Shown here one piece after another: positions 1 through 8,968 of a stretch of DNA of 52,138 bases. The stretch is from positions 1-52,138 of the IMG/VR virus record IMGVR_UViG_3300044839_000032. The stretch is one strand, 5' to 3'. The translations under genes and the position numbers were made by a program. Below the pieces are notes generated by a model. It was not told where the DNA came from, ran no database searches, and saw only the letters and a program-made list of their open reading frames with translations. This stretch comes from a virus. Taxonomy: Duplodnaviria; Caudoviricetes. Each line of letters starts with the position of its first letter. Position 1 is the stretch's first letter.

Positions 1-120
1 CGCCAGGGAACCCAAGGGGTCACACCTTCGTTCCTCGCGCTGAACAACTACCCGCTGTTTTCCGAACCCGTCGAAACGGTTGGTGAATTCAATGGTTCGG
101 CGAACTTTCGTTCGCCGAAC

Positions 121-1449
121 CTACCTCCGGCTGCGGAGCGGTTTGCGCCGCTTGCGCACGACCGGCACACCTTCGCTGCGGGCAGCACTGGTCGGGGTTC
201 TGACGGCACCTTCCTGTAAGCGTGGCTCGCGCACTGCCGCGATTGAGCTGTCGATCGTGATCGTCGCGTGCGGCAGAGCGTTCGCGCGCACCTTGTGATT
301 GCGCCAGTCGAGTTCCCACACGTCCGCAAGAACTGGCGGATCACTCCACGATTCCTGCGGACGCGCGACTGTGTAGTACTTCCCCTGCACGCTGTCAGCA
401 GTCACTTCGATGCGCAAAAAACCATGACGCGAATCGACGTACGATTCGAGCGTAGGCGCGCCGGTCATTCCTCCAAGTTGAACCGGCGGAACGATCTTCT
501 GACCGTTCACCTTCACCACGTGATGGAGGTTGTGATAGCCGCCCGCGCCGGCGACGATGTACGGCACGTCTCGACCATCCTGCACGCGCGTGAAGCGCTG
601 ATAGTTGTGCACGTGGCCGGCGAAGATGATGTCGGGAATCCTTCCGGATTGGTTCTCCGCCGCCGCCAGAGCATCCTCCATCGCCTTGCTGCTCGCATGA
701 TGATCGTCGCCCGAAAGAATCGGGTGGTGCATCGTGACAAATACAGGCTTGTTCTGGTCCGCTGCCTCGAGCTCGCCGACCAGCCAGTTCAACTGGTCCG
801 GATGCACAGCACCGCCCTCCGGCACGTTCGTATACAAGCCGATGATGGTGGCCAATGGCGTCAGTAGCGTCCAAAATACGTTTGGCTGCGTCATGGCGGT
901 ACGCGTACTCTCACCCGCATCTGGAGTAACGACTCCCGGCTCCTTCTGACAGAAATTTCGCACGAACGCCTGGAGTGATGATTCGGGCGCCACTGCGTCA
1001 CCGTCGTGGTTTCCCGGTACAGCAAAAATCGGCGCGAGATAATGCTCGTAGGGCTGATAGAACTGGCCGAAATACTCAGATGCCTGACCGTTGAAGTAAA
1101 CGCAGTCGCCGAGCAGATAGAAGAATGCCGGATCTGCCTCCGGATGGGCTGGGTCGCTTCGAAAATCGCGCTCCATTCCGTTCGCAACAAGCTGCTGCGG
1201 AACGGGGTCCTTGATGCCGCCGATGTCGCCGTCGATGTGAAAGACCAGCGTCTTCGCCTGTTCGATGGCGGAGATTTGATCCGCAGGCAGGATCTCGGCG
1301 AGATCTAGTCGATATGGTTTCTTACCCGTTGGCCTCGGCAGAGGTTGGAACCTGCGCGAAGAGAAACTGCTGTTATTCACCGCGACCGAGAGCGCTTCCG
1401 CTGACAGACGGCGGCGACCGAATTGGTGGCGTCCATTGGTTTCCGGCAT
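121..1449 (-). CDS. Calcineurin-like metallophosphoesterase (purple acid phosphatase-like), host flank
   Basis: Motifs GDIG, LGDCVY, VPGNHD, HHP and GHVH. Start moved to ATG 1449 (SD GGGAGG upstream) because the longer ORF runs across the att repeat. Confidence 0.85.
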   Translation of the reverse strand: MPETNGRHQFGRRRLSAEALSVAVNNSSFSSRRFQPLPRPTGKKPYRLDLAEILPADQISAIEQAKTLVFHIDGDIGGIKDPVPQQLVANGMERDFRSDPAHPEADPAFFYLLGDCVYFNGQASEYFGQFYQPYEHYLAPIFAVPGNHDGDAVAPESSLQAFVRNFCQKEPGVVTPDAGESTRTAMTQPNVFWTLLTPLATIIGLYTNVPEGGAVHPDQLNWLVGELEAADQNKPVFVTMHHPILSGDDHHASSKAMEDALAAAENQSGRIPDIIFAGHVHNYQRFTRVQDGRDVPYIVAGAGGYHNLHHVVKVNGQKIVPPVQLGGMTGAPTLESYVDSRHGFLRIEVTADSVQGKYYTVARPQESWSDPPVLADVWELDWRNHKVRANALPHATITIDSSIAAVREPRLQEGAVRTPTSAARSEGVPVVRKRRKPLRSRR

Positions 1450-1513
1450 GTTTGCCTCCCTTTTCAGGAAGACGGACACTCTCTTGGATTCCCGCAGAAT
1501 GTTCGAAGTTTCC

Positions 1514-1537
1514 AAGTGGTGCCCAGGGACGGAATTG
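1514..1537. repeat. att site (left): duplicated 3' end of tRNA-Phe
   Basis: AAGTGGTGCCCAGGGACGGAATTG, identical to 47293-47316. Confidence 0.95.
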
Positions 1538-1622
1538 GATTCAGACGCGGTTCGCAGTTTGTGTAAGTTACTGAAAACACAATACCGCAGAAGCTCTCGA
1601 AACGGCAAAAAAGCCGATCGGA

Positions 1623-1642
1623 CACCCAAATCTCACCCAAAT
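1623..1642 (+). repeat. Putative integrase arm-type binding sites (left end)
   Basis: CACCCAAAT-CT-CACCCAAAT; a related pair with the same 11-bp period lies at 47231-47250. Confidence 0.5.
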
Positions 1643-1743
1643 TCAGCCCGACAGCGTACCATCTCCGGTGCCGGAAGATGCTCCGGCTAGGCCAGGATTC
1701 AGGGAGATACGGCGACGCGATCTCTCCCCAAAAGGGAGAGAAA

Positions 1744-1971
1744 ATGGAAGATGTAACCCTGAACCCCGAGTACTGTTACAGCACGAAGGAGCTAGCTTTC
1801 CGTTGGAACCTCAGTTCAGAAACCCTGCGGCGGATCTTCCTGAAGGAGCCGGGCGTCATGATCTTCCGAGAGCAGCAAGCAGGGAAACGGGTCTACCGTA
1901 CGATGAGGATTCCAGGTGCTGTCGCGATCCGGGTTAAGAACCGGATGACGGTAATCGACAAGTCCCGGTAG
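1744..1971 (+). CDS. Excisionase-like winged-helix/MerR-type HTH protein
   Basis: 75 aa with YSTKELAFRWNLSSETLRRIF HTH signature; first gene inside the att repeat; SD GGGAGA before ATG 1744. Confidence 0.7.
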   Translation: MEDVTLNPEYCYSTKELAFRWNLSSETLRRIFLKEPGVMIFREQQAGKRVYRTMRIPGAVAIRVKNRMTVIDKSR

Positions 1972-2036
1972 CAACACCCGCCCGTGGCCGGTTATCTCGG
2001 CGCGGGCAACTCCAAAGAGAGAGGGAGCCCCCCGAC

Positions 2037-2942
2037 ATGCAGGACTGTCCCAAGTGCGGATTCACCGGCGTCATGCACGACGTGAACACGGGCTGCTGGC
2101 AATGCGGCTGGAGACCCGAGCTCGGAGCTGAACTTCCCGAGACCGTCGAAGACGTCGACCGCAAGGTTCAGTTCCTACGTTCGTTCTTCGCGAACGAGGG
2201 CCGCCTTCTTCTCTTTGGGTTTGTCCTTCTAGTCCTTCTCTTCTACAGCACGGTCAAATCGATGAAAGACTTCTTGCTGCTCACCGGCCTCTTTGTCGCC
2301 GCCGCTCTCGCGATCCTCCTCATGGTTCGTTCGGTCCGAGCCAAGGCGATGCGTGTGAAGGCCGTCCCACCGGACCGCTTTTACCTTCGGAACACAGGCT
2401 CCAGTTACACCTTGCTACCGCCGGGACATCCCCGCCTTCCGCAAGCATCTGACGTTGAAGTTTCGATCCGGCCGGACCGTCAGCTTTTCCAGACCCCTGC
2501 CGGACCTCGAATGCTTCGATGGCAACCGGACCCAGAGAACTTAGAAGCGTACGTGGAGTTCTACCGCCCCCTGCGTGGGGCTGAAGCGAAGACCGAGTTC
2601 ATTCAAGGCGTCGAAGAGTTCTTCACCTTGAACCACAACCCGACCATTGGCTTTCTGCAGAACCGCTATGCCGATCACTTGGGCGTGCAAATCCTCACGC
2701 TCGACCTTCCCCCGGAACCGGCGAAGGAAAAGCCGCAACCTATCGACCGTCGTTCGAAGGCCGAGAAAGAGATCGACCGGATGTTCGCGGGCGTGAAGAC
2801 GGCCGCTGAAGCCAGGCGACGCTGGCATGCATTGAAGCAGGACCCCGACCTATCGGCCGCCCTTCAGGACCCGGAGGTTGGACCCAAGTTGAACGGCAAG
2901 TACGAGGAGCTGATCACGAGGATCGCCGAGGGCGACATCTAA
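2037..2942 (+). CDS. Hypothetical membrane protein with N-terminal Zn ribbon
   Basis: CPKC...CWQC, then two hydrophobic helices; SD present; lies just upstream of a coupling-protein gene. Confidence 0.65.
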   Translation: MQDCPKCGFTGVMHDVNTGCWQCGWRPELGAELPETVEDVDRKVQFLRSFFANEGRLLLFGFVLLVLLFYSTVKSMKDFLLLTGLFVAAALAILLMVRSVRAKAMRVKAVPPDRFYLRNTGSSYTLLPPGHPRLPQASDVEVSIRPDRQLFQTPAGPRMLRWQPDPENLEAYVEFYRPLRGAEAKTEFIQGVEEFFTLNHNPTIGFLQNRYADHLGVQILTLDLPPEPAKEKPQPIDRRSKAEKEIDRMFAGVKTAAEARRRWHALKQDPDLSAALQDPEVGPKLNGKYEELITRIAEGDI

Positions 2943-2977
2943 GGTCCATGCCCTGCCCTGTCTCTCGAAGGCACGAA

Positions 2978-2998
2978 TCGCGAAAAAATTTTTCGCGA
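2978..2998. repeat. Perfect inverted repeat TCGCGAAAAA-A-TTTTTCGCGA (candidate origin/binding element)
   Basis: 10-bp arms, 1-nt spacer, intergenic. Confidence 0.7.
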
Positions 2999-3027
2999 CC
3001 AAAGGCGTCCGAGTGGCCGCGAACATT

Positions 3028-3179
3028 AGCCGTATCCGGCTTTCACCTTTCGCCGACCGTGCCGCTCCTATCGTCGGGAGAGTCCCACTAATTTCTATCG
3101 AAATGACCCTATCGGGCTTCGCATCCGCTCGGTGTGCCTCTCCCGACGCTCCGCGCCCCTATCGGGGGTTCGCTATCGC
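3028..3179. other. Cluster of hairpins sharing a TATC tetraloop (candidate oriT or single-strand origin)
   Basis: AGCCG-TATC-CGGCT (3028), ATTTC-TATC-GAAAT (3091), CCC-TATC-GGG (3107), CCCC-TATC-GGGG (3156), GC-TATC-GC (3172). Confidence 0.55.
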
Positions 3180-3216
3180 TCCGCACGGTCGGCGATACCA
3201 AGGTTAGGAGGACCAA

Positions 3217-4893
3217 GTGACTAGAAAAGTCTCCGTTGAGGACATCCTTGAGTCACTGAAACAGACGCACATGCACGTGATCGGCAGTTCCGGTTACGGC
3301 AAGTCTAAGTTCCTCGAATGGCTCATGCGCCATTTGACCAAGTCCACGGACGCAGGCTTCTGCTTGTTCGACTGGCACGGGACGCTCTACCGAGACGTTC
3401 TCAGATACCTTGCCGGCACGGCCTTCAAACTCCGCCCGGTTTACATCCTTGATCCTTCGGACGGCCGTTTCGTGACCGGCTTCAACCCCTTCTCGACTAC
3501 CGACGAGGACATGAGTGCCCAGGTCTCTCGAAGGATCGATGCGACCGTCAAGCCGTGGGGAGCAACCTCGACCGACGAGACCCCCCAGCTCTCCCGCGTG
3601 CTTCGGATGCTCTACTCCTTCGCGGCCGAGGCTCACGCGACCTTGCCGAATGCCCACCTCATGCTCTATGCGGCAAACCAGAACCTTAGGACCTATGCCG
3701 CATCACTTGTGAAAGACGACTACATCCGGCAACAGCTCCGAGACTTTGCCGAGTTCTCCGATTCCTACTTGCGGCAATACGTCTCATCGACGATGAACCG
3801 ACTGGACCGGTTTCTCGCTCCTACCGCTGTGAGGAGAATGCTCGGCAGGGAATCCGGCAACATCTCTATCCGGCAGATACTCGACGAGAACGGCATCTTG
3901 CTTGTGAACCTCTCGGCATCAGGCAACCTCACCAGCGAATCCGGCAAGCTGATTGCCGCACTCCTCATGAACGAGTTTCGAGAAGCGGCACTTGCGAGAG
4001 CAGGGACGAAGAAGCGGTTCGTCCTCTTCCTCGATGAGTTCCAAGAGTACGTCACCCACGACATCGCGCAGATGTTGGACCAGGTCCGAAAAGGCGGGTT
4101 GAACCTCGTGCTATCGCACCAGCACCTGGCGCAGCTCGGCGACGATGAATCGCTCCAGTCCTCGATCGCGACGAATGCCCGGATCAAGGCTGTCTTTGGC
4201 GGGCTGGATTACGAGACTGCCGCGATGGTCGCAAACGAGATCCGCTTGAAGTCGATCAATCGCAGGCAGGTTGAACGGCAAATCTACGGCCACACGGTCC
4301 TCGGCCACTACGTCGAGACTTTCATCAACAAGAGCACGGGCTATGCATCAACCGAAAGCACCAGCGTGAACGCCAACGCGGGGCAAAGCGGCGGGTACGT
4401 GGACGACGAGCCGGAGGTTACGGGTTGGAGCGAGGCCGGCGGAACGACCACGACCTCGACCGACACGAACTCCAGCAGCGAAACCGAATCCCGGCTCCTG
4501 ATGCCGATCGACGGCAAGGAGCTGAAGTCCGAGCAGGCCGTCTCCCAGGCCGAGAAGATCGCGCACGAAGCCTTCAACATCATGACCATGAAACCCCGAG
4601 AGTTGTACCTAAAGCTCCCGGCCATGCCCCAGGCGGTTTGGCAGAGGGTTCCTGAGATCAAGAGCCGCGGCGTCTTTGCAGAGACCTTGAAAGCCTACGA
4701 AGAGAAGGCGTACGAACGTTCGCACGCCCTCCCGCCCGAAGAGGTCGATAAGGCGATGGTCCAATCCCGCGATGACTTCTTTCAAAAGGCTCTGAATTAC
4801 GGTGCGACCTTGAAGCCGAAGAAAGAAGACGGGACCGACGAGGCACCGAAAGAAGGTCGCACCAAAAAACCTCCGCGTCCGCGTTCCAATTAA
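3217..4893 (+). CDS. VirD4/TraD-like type IV coupling protein ATPase (copy 1)
   Basis: Walker A GSSGYGKS, Walker B FLDEFQ, RKGG..LSHQHLAQL motif; SD AGGAGG before GTG. Confidence 0.85.
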   Translation: MTRKVSVEDILESLKQTHMHVIGSSGYGKSKFLEWLMRHLTKSTDAGFCLFDWHGTLYRDVLRYLAGTAFKLRPVYILDPSDGRFVTGFNPFSTTDEDMSAQVSRRIDATVKPWGATSTDETPQLSRVLRMLYSFAAEAHATLPNAHLMLYAANQNLRTYAASLVKDDYIRQQLRDFAEFSDSYLRQYVSSTMNRLDRFLAPTAVRRMLGRESGNISIRQILDENGILLVNLSASGNLTSESGKLIAALLMNEFREAALARAGTKKRFVLFLDEFQEYVTHDIAQMLDQVRKGGLNLVLSHQHLAQLGDDESLQSSIATNARIKAVFGGLDYETAAMVANEIRLKSINRRQVERQIYGHTVLGHYVETFINKSTGYASTESTSVNANAGQSGGYVDDEPEVTGWSEAGGTTTTSTDTNSSSETESRLLMPIDGKELKSEQAVSQAEKIAHEAFNIMTMKPRELYLKLPAMPQAVWQRVPEIKSRGVFAETLKAYEEKAYERSHALPPEEVDKAMVQSRDDFFQKALNYGATLKPKKEDGTDEAPKEGRTKKPPRPRSN

Positions 4894-4899
4894 AGCTCC

Positions 4900-4944
4900 C
4901 AATCCACAGACCCACCTTGTCAAATTCCGCAGGGCTTGTACCGT
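4900..4944 (+). promoter_or_regulatory. Putative promoter (TTGTCA-16-TACCGT) preceded by a DnaA-box-like site; likely leaderless mRNA
   Basis: CAATCCACAG at 4900; the ATG lies 6 nt after the -10 hexamer. Confidence 0.5.
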
Positions 4945-4950
4945 TAGGGC

Positions 4951-5775
4951 ATGCCCAAGACGGACGTTATTCTTTCCAAATGCCGCGCGGAGATTCTTCG
5001 GCTTTTTGCAAGCTATGTGAATCTGACAGGGTCGCATATTCAGCACCTGACCGGCCGCCCCGCCAAGACAATTGAGCGTGACCTTCGTTGGCTTCGCGAA
5101 AACGGCTATCTCGTTTGTAAAGATCATCCGCTCGAGAAGTTCGGTCCGCTCGTTTGGCGTCTCGCGCAACAGGGCTGGGATTGGTGTTTAGACGAGAAGC
5201 TCTTCGACAAGCGGGTCAATGCTACGGATGATAAAGGCGACGGCAACCTCCCGCACGATCTTGTGCTGACCGACCTGCATATCAAGTTCCACGACCTTTA
5301 CGGCGACGACCTCTATTGGACCCAGCTTTACCAGCACTGCTACCGTCGTTTTGACTCAGGCGTGAATGATCGCGTGAACATGGACGCGTTCACGTCGTTT
5401 CCAGTCGGCAATGAACACGTGGTGTTCTGCGTGGAGGCCGAGAAGAGCCGCGACTCGAAGAAGTTCGGTAAGTCTGCGCGCGGTTCAAAGGCCGAAGCCT
5501 ACGACAACTACGCGAAGGGCCACTTCCAGAAAGAGTACGGACCGGGCAGTGATTTCCGCGTTCTCTGGACCTTTAGCACCGCTGTTAAAGCGGCGAACTT
5601 CGCTGGCAAACTGCACGACGAAGGCGGCTCAAGACGGCATTGGATTCTCGATGAGAACCTTATCTCGACGCTCACCAGAGATAGTCAAGCCTTCCTTACG
5701 CCGAAGGATGTTGAGTACCAGCAAGCGCGTCATCGCTGGAACGCACAGCGTCTCTATTCGCTAGATGAGGCGTAG
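4951..5775 (+). CDS. Replication-relaxation (Replic_Relax-like) protein, putative relaxase
   Basis: N-terminal wHTH, LPHDLVLTD, then a PD-(D/E)XK-like MDAF...VEAEKS; sits between two coupling ATPases. Confidence 0.75.
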   Translation: MPKTDVILSKCRAEILRLFASYVNLTGSHIQHLTGRPAKTIERDLRWLRENGYLVCKDHPLEKFGPLVWRLAQQGWDWCLDEKLFDKRVNATDDKGDGNLPHDLVLTDLHIKFHDLYGDDLYWTQLYQHCYRRFDSGVNDRVNMDAFTSFPVGNEHVVFCVEAEKSRDSKKFGKSARGSKAEAYDNYAKGHFQKEYGPGSDFRVLWTFSTAVKAANFAGKLHDEGGSRRHWILDENLISTLTRDSQAFLTPKDVEYQQARHRWNAQRLYSLDEA

Positions 5776-5956
5776 TTGTTATGATGAAATTCGCACGTCT
5801 TACTGCTAGGAGTCAAAGCTTCCTGGCACACCCTTCACACCCGTCCCCCCGGGCGTTCCCCGCTCTGCCGGAGCTACTGAGGAATGCGTCCGGCGGCTGG
5901 CTGATTCCTCAGACTTCTTGCTGGTGCAGGTGGGGACGGGGCTGACGGATTTTTCT

Positions 5957-7321
5957 ATGCTTACTACCGTTGGACTTAATCGCACGAGCTTTGAACGCTG
6001 GAACCAGCCGGTTGAAGTCGATACCGCAAAACACACGGCGGTCATTGGCACCACAGGAGCGGGTAAGACAACCGTCCTCAAGGCCATGATCCTTGCGGAG
6101 ATCGAAGCCGGCCACGGCGTAACCGTGATGGAGCCGCACGGCTCTTTGATCGATGACCTGTTAGATGCGATTCCGCCTCATCGTCGGAATGACGTGATCC
6201 TCTACGACCCCGGCGACCCCTTGAACTCGATCGGGATGAATCCGCTCGAAGGCGAGGACAAGCCGAAGCTTCTTGCGGAGGCAGAGAAGATCGTATCGAG
6301 CGTTTGGAAAGATGCGTGGGGACCGCAGACCTCTTTCCTCTTTCGGAACTTCGGAGAAGCAATTCTCGAAGTGGAATCCGAACCTACATTTCTGCACATC
6401 TACAAGGCGTTCATGGTGAAGGAGTACCGCGACCATCTCGCCGCGAGAGTAACGAGCCCTACCCTCAAGCTCTTCTTCGACAAGTACGACGACTGGGACA
6501 AGCGGCAACAGGAACAGGCCGCGGCTCCCGGCACAAACAAGCTCGACACCTTCATGCAGGTGCCTTTGAGGTACGCAGTTACCCAACGTCACGGCCTCGA
6601 TTTTTCGAAGGTGATGGACGGCTCGCAGATACTTCTTTGCCGCTTTGCGAAGGGCCGGATCGGACCGACTGCAGGAGCCTTTCTCGGTTCGGTTGTGATC
6701 GCAAAGATTCTCTACGCCGCGCTCGCGAGAGAGAAGACGAGCCACCGGCCGCCGCATCGCGTCTTCATCGACGAAGCCGGGAACTTCATGTGCGGATCAG
6801 CGCACGAACAACTTCTCACCGAGGCTAGGAAATACAACGTCTCTCTAACCATGGGCTTTCAGACCAGGAGCCAGCTCACGCCCGAAACCCTGTCTGCTGT
6901 CTTCGGCAACATCGCGTCGCTCTTAATCGCGCGGGTTGGAGCAAAAGACGCGGAGGAGCTCGGGCTTGAGATCGGCGTGCCGGCCGAGACTCTCCAGAAC
7001 TTGCGGAACTTCTGGTGGTACGCCCGGACGGTAAAGGACGGCTTACGAATCGAACCTATCCAGATGGAAGGTTTGAGGTTGAAAGAGATCCCGAAGAACG
7101 AGGAGGTGACACGGAAGATCATCGAACGAAGCAACACGAGATACGCCACTCCCATCTCTGTCATCGAGAAGAACATCAGGACATTCCTTGAAGGAGGAAA
7201 GCGTGAAACTTCAGTCAGTGGACAAAGCCAACGACCTCAGAAAGCAGTTCGACACGGCCAGGGAGGGGGCGGTCAAAGACCTCCTCGCCCAGCGCGCCGA
7301 GATCGACGCGCAGTTGCATGA
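5957..7321 (+). CDS. VirD4/TraD-like type IV coupling protein ATPase (copy 2)
   Basis: Walker A GTTGAGKT, EPHGSL, Walker B FIDEAG, EARKY..MGFQTRSQL. Start ATG 5957 chosen (ORF open from 5918); no clear SD. Confidence 0.85.
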   Translation: MLTTVGLNRTSFERWNQPVEVDTAKHTAVIGTTGAGKTTVLKAMILAEIEAGHGVTVMEPHGSLIDDLLDAIPPHRRNDVILYDPGDPLNSIGMNPLEGEDKPKLLAEAEKIVSSVWKDAWGPQTSFLFRNFGEAILEVESEPTFLHIYKAFMVKEYRDHLAARVTSPTLKLFFDKYDDWDKRQQEQAAAPGTNKLDTFMQVPLRYAVTQRHGLDFSKVMDGSQILLCRFAKGRIGPTAGAFLGSVVIAKILYAALAREKTSHRPPHRVFIDEAGNFMCGSAHEQLLTEARKYNVSLTMGFQTRSQLTPETLSAVFGNIASLLIARVGAKDAEELGLEIGVPAETLQNLRNFWWYARTVKDGLRIEPIQMEGLRLKEIPKNEEVTRKIIERSNTRYATPISVIEKNIRTFLEGGKRETSVSGQSQRPQKAVRHGQGGGGQRPPRPARRDRRAVA

Positions 7322-7379
7322 GTTCGGACACGAGGTAGCTGCGAAGCGCGGCAGGAAACCGAGAGCGCAGCAGCAGTGA
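7203..7379 (+). CDS. Small coiled-coil protein with AT-hook-like KRGRKPR motif
   Basis: Strong SD AAGGAGG before GTG 7203; followed by a terminator. Confidence 0.6.
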   Translation: MKLQSVDKANDLRKQFDTAREGAVKDLLAQRAEIDAQLHEFGHEVAAKRGRKPRAQQQ

Positions 7380-7390
7380 AGTGGAAATGA

Positions 7391-7425
7391 AAAAGCCCCG
7401 GATTGGCCCCGGGGCTTTGTTTTTT
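7391..7425. terminator. Bidirectional rho-independent terminator
   Basis: AAAGCCCCGG/CCGGGGCTTT stem with flanking A and T tracts, between convergent genes. Confidence 0.8.
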
Positions 7426-7442
7426 ACTGCGATGAATCGAGG

Positions 7443-8474
7443 CTATGAAACGGATGCGGCTTCTTCGTCGGCCGGTTCCCAAACCGCCATCTCGCCTTCC
7501 GGTTCCGGCGCAATTCCGAGCATCTCGCGGAGATCAGTCGTCTCGTCGGGTTGCTTGCCTTCCGGGGGAATGCGTACATCAACGTGCAGGGCTCCAGCGT
7601 TCAGAAGCCTGACCGCCAAGTCCTTCGCGCCGTCGATCCCGGCCTCGTCGCCGTCGAGCAGAAGCGTGATGTGATTGAAGCGGGTAAGCGCGATCACTTG
7701 AGCGTCCGTTGCGCGGTTGCCCATGAGAGCTACCGCGTTCATCACACCCTCTCTGACGCACGCCATAACACCCCAAAAACTTTCGCACACGATCACTGAA
7801 TCTCCCTCGACCCGGTGCAGGTTGTAGAGCACCTGGCCGCGATGAAATCCCTTCGGAAACCGCCACCGTTCCGCATGGGGAATGTCAGGATCGATGGACC
7901 GCCCGGCGTACCCGATCAACTGCCCTTCGGGGTTGTGAATGGGGAAGACAACCCGCCCGGCCATCGACCCCTTTCCTGGGAAGAATCCGACACCGAGGTA
8001 TTCGCATTCTTCCTCGTCGAAGTTGCGCCCCGTCAAGTATTCGTGCTTGTGATCGATGTCCTTCAGCTCAAACTTCAACGGCTCGTTCGTTTCGTCGGTA
8101 GGCGTTTCGGCCACTTCGACCTGAGCCACTGCCGCCGGCGAAGTGCTAGCCACTCCAAACCATTCGACCAGGCGTTCAGCCGCTTCGTACTGCGGAACGG
8201 ATTCCATGACCGAAGTGAAGTAGACAATGTCCCCGCCCTTCCTGCCCTTCCGAGCAGAGCAACAGCTTGTGGAGTTGCACTTGAAGTAGTTCTCCCTCAC
8301 GTTCACGGTGAAGTCGTCGTTCGGCTTGTCCTCATGCGTGGGGAGCGGACACTTGCCGCGCCGCCATGTGGACCCCGCCTTCAGCGCGACCCCGTACCTT
8401 CCGAGAACACTCTCGAACGTGATCCGTTGCTTGAGCCGGTCAAAATCGATGGGCTTCCTTCTCGTCTCTGGCAT
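7443..8474 (-). CDS. DNA primase (Zn-binding domain + TOPRIM), phage/plasmid type
   Basis: CPLPTH..FKC...C Zn finger, GRVVFPI..GYAGR, VCESFWG, LLLDGDEAG, QPD; SD AGGAGG before ATG 8474. Confidence 0.85.
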   Translation of the reverse strand: MPETRRKPIDFDRLKQRITFESVLGRYGVALKAGSTWRRGKCPLPTHEDKPNDDFTVNVRENYFKCNSTSCCSARKGRKGGDIVYFTSVMESVPQYEAAERLVEWFGVASTSPAAVAQVEVAETPTDETNEPLKFELKDIDHKHEYLTGRNFDEEECEYLGVGFFPGKGSMAGRVVFPIHNPEGQLIGYAGRSIDPDIPHAERWRFPKGFHRGQVLYNLHRVEGDSVIVCESFWGVMACVREGVMNAVALMGNRATDAQVIALTRFNHITLLLDGDEAGIDGAKDLAVRLLNAGALHVDVRIPPEGKQPDETTDLREMLGIAPEPEGEMAVWEPADEEAASVS

Positions 8475-8968
8475 AGCCAGCCTCCTTGTCAAACGCCAGC
8501 ACAGGCATTGTGCAGGTCTGCTTTGACAATAGGCTTCTTATAGGATTTGAGAAGGCCCGCTAATCCACAAGAAGCGCTAGAACCACAATCACGCTGGAAT
8601 CACCGTCATGCCTTCGAAGGCACCACCTGATCGCACCTAACTCTTATGTCGCGTGACAGTTAGAAAATCAGCCAAGCGTCGGGTTATCTCGCTTTTAGCG
8701 AGAGTACGTGCTTCTTCTATCGCACGTTCAGTCTGGCGTCCCAGCCAGTCCAGTCAAGGGGATCGTTCCGCGCCCAGGAGAGGTCGCGGTCATAGGTAAC
8801 CGGCAGGTCGATGCTTCGCTGATTATATCGACCCGCCACCTAAGACACGCTCCTACCTCTGCGCTCCACGACCCCTGTGACAGTCCTGGCTTGCGGGCCG
8901 CACATCCCGAACGTGCGATAGAAAAACTGTCGCCCGTGTGCTAGTCCCGCGCGGAACACACAAACGAC

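Noticed and set aside
1450-1629. N-terminal extension of the phosphoesterase ORF (track start 1629)
   Set aside because: It crosses the att repeat into the element; an SD-led ATG at 1449 is the better start.
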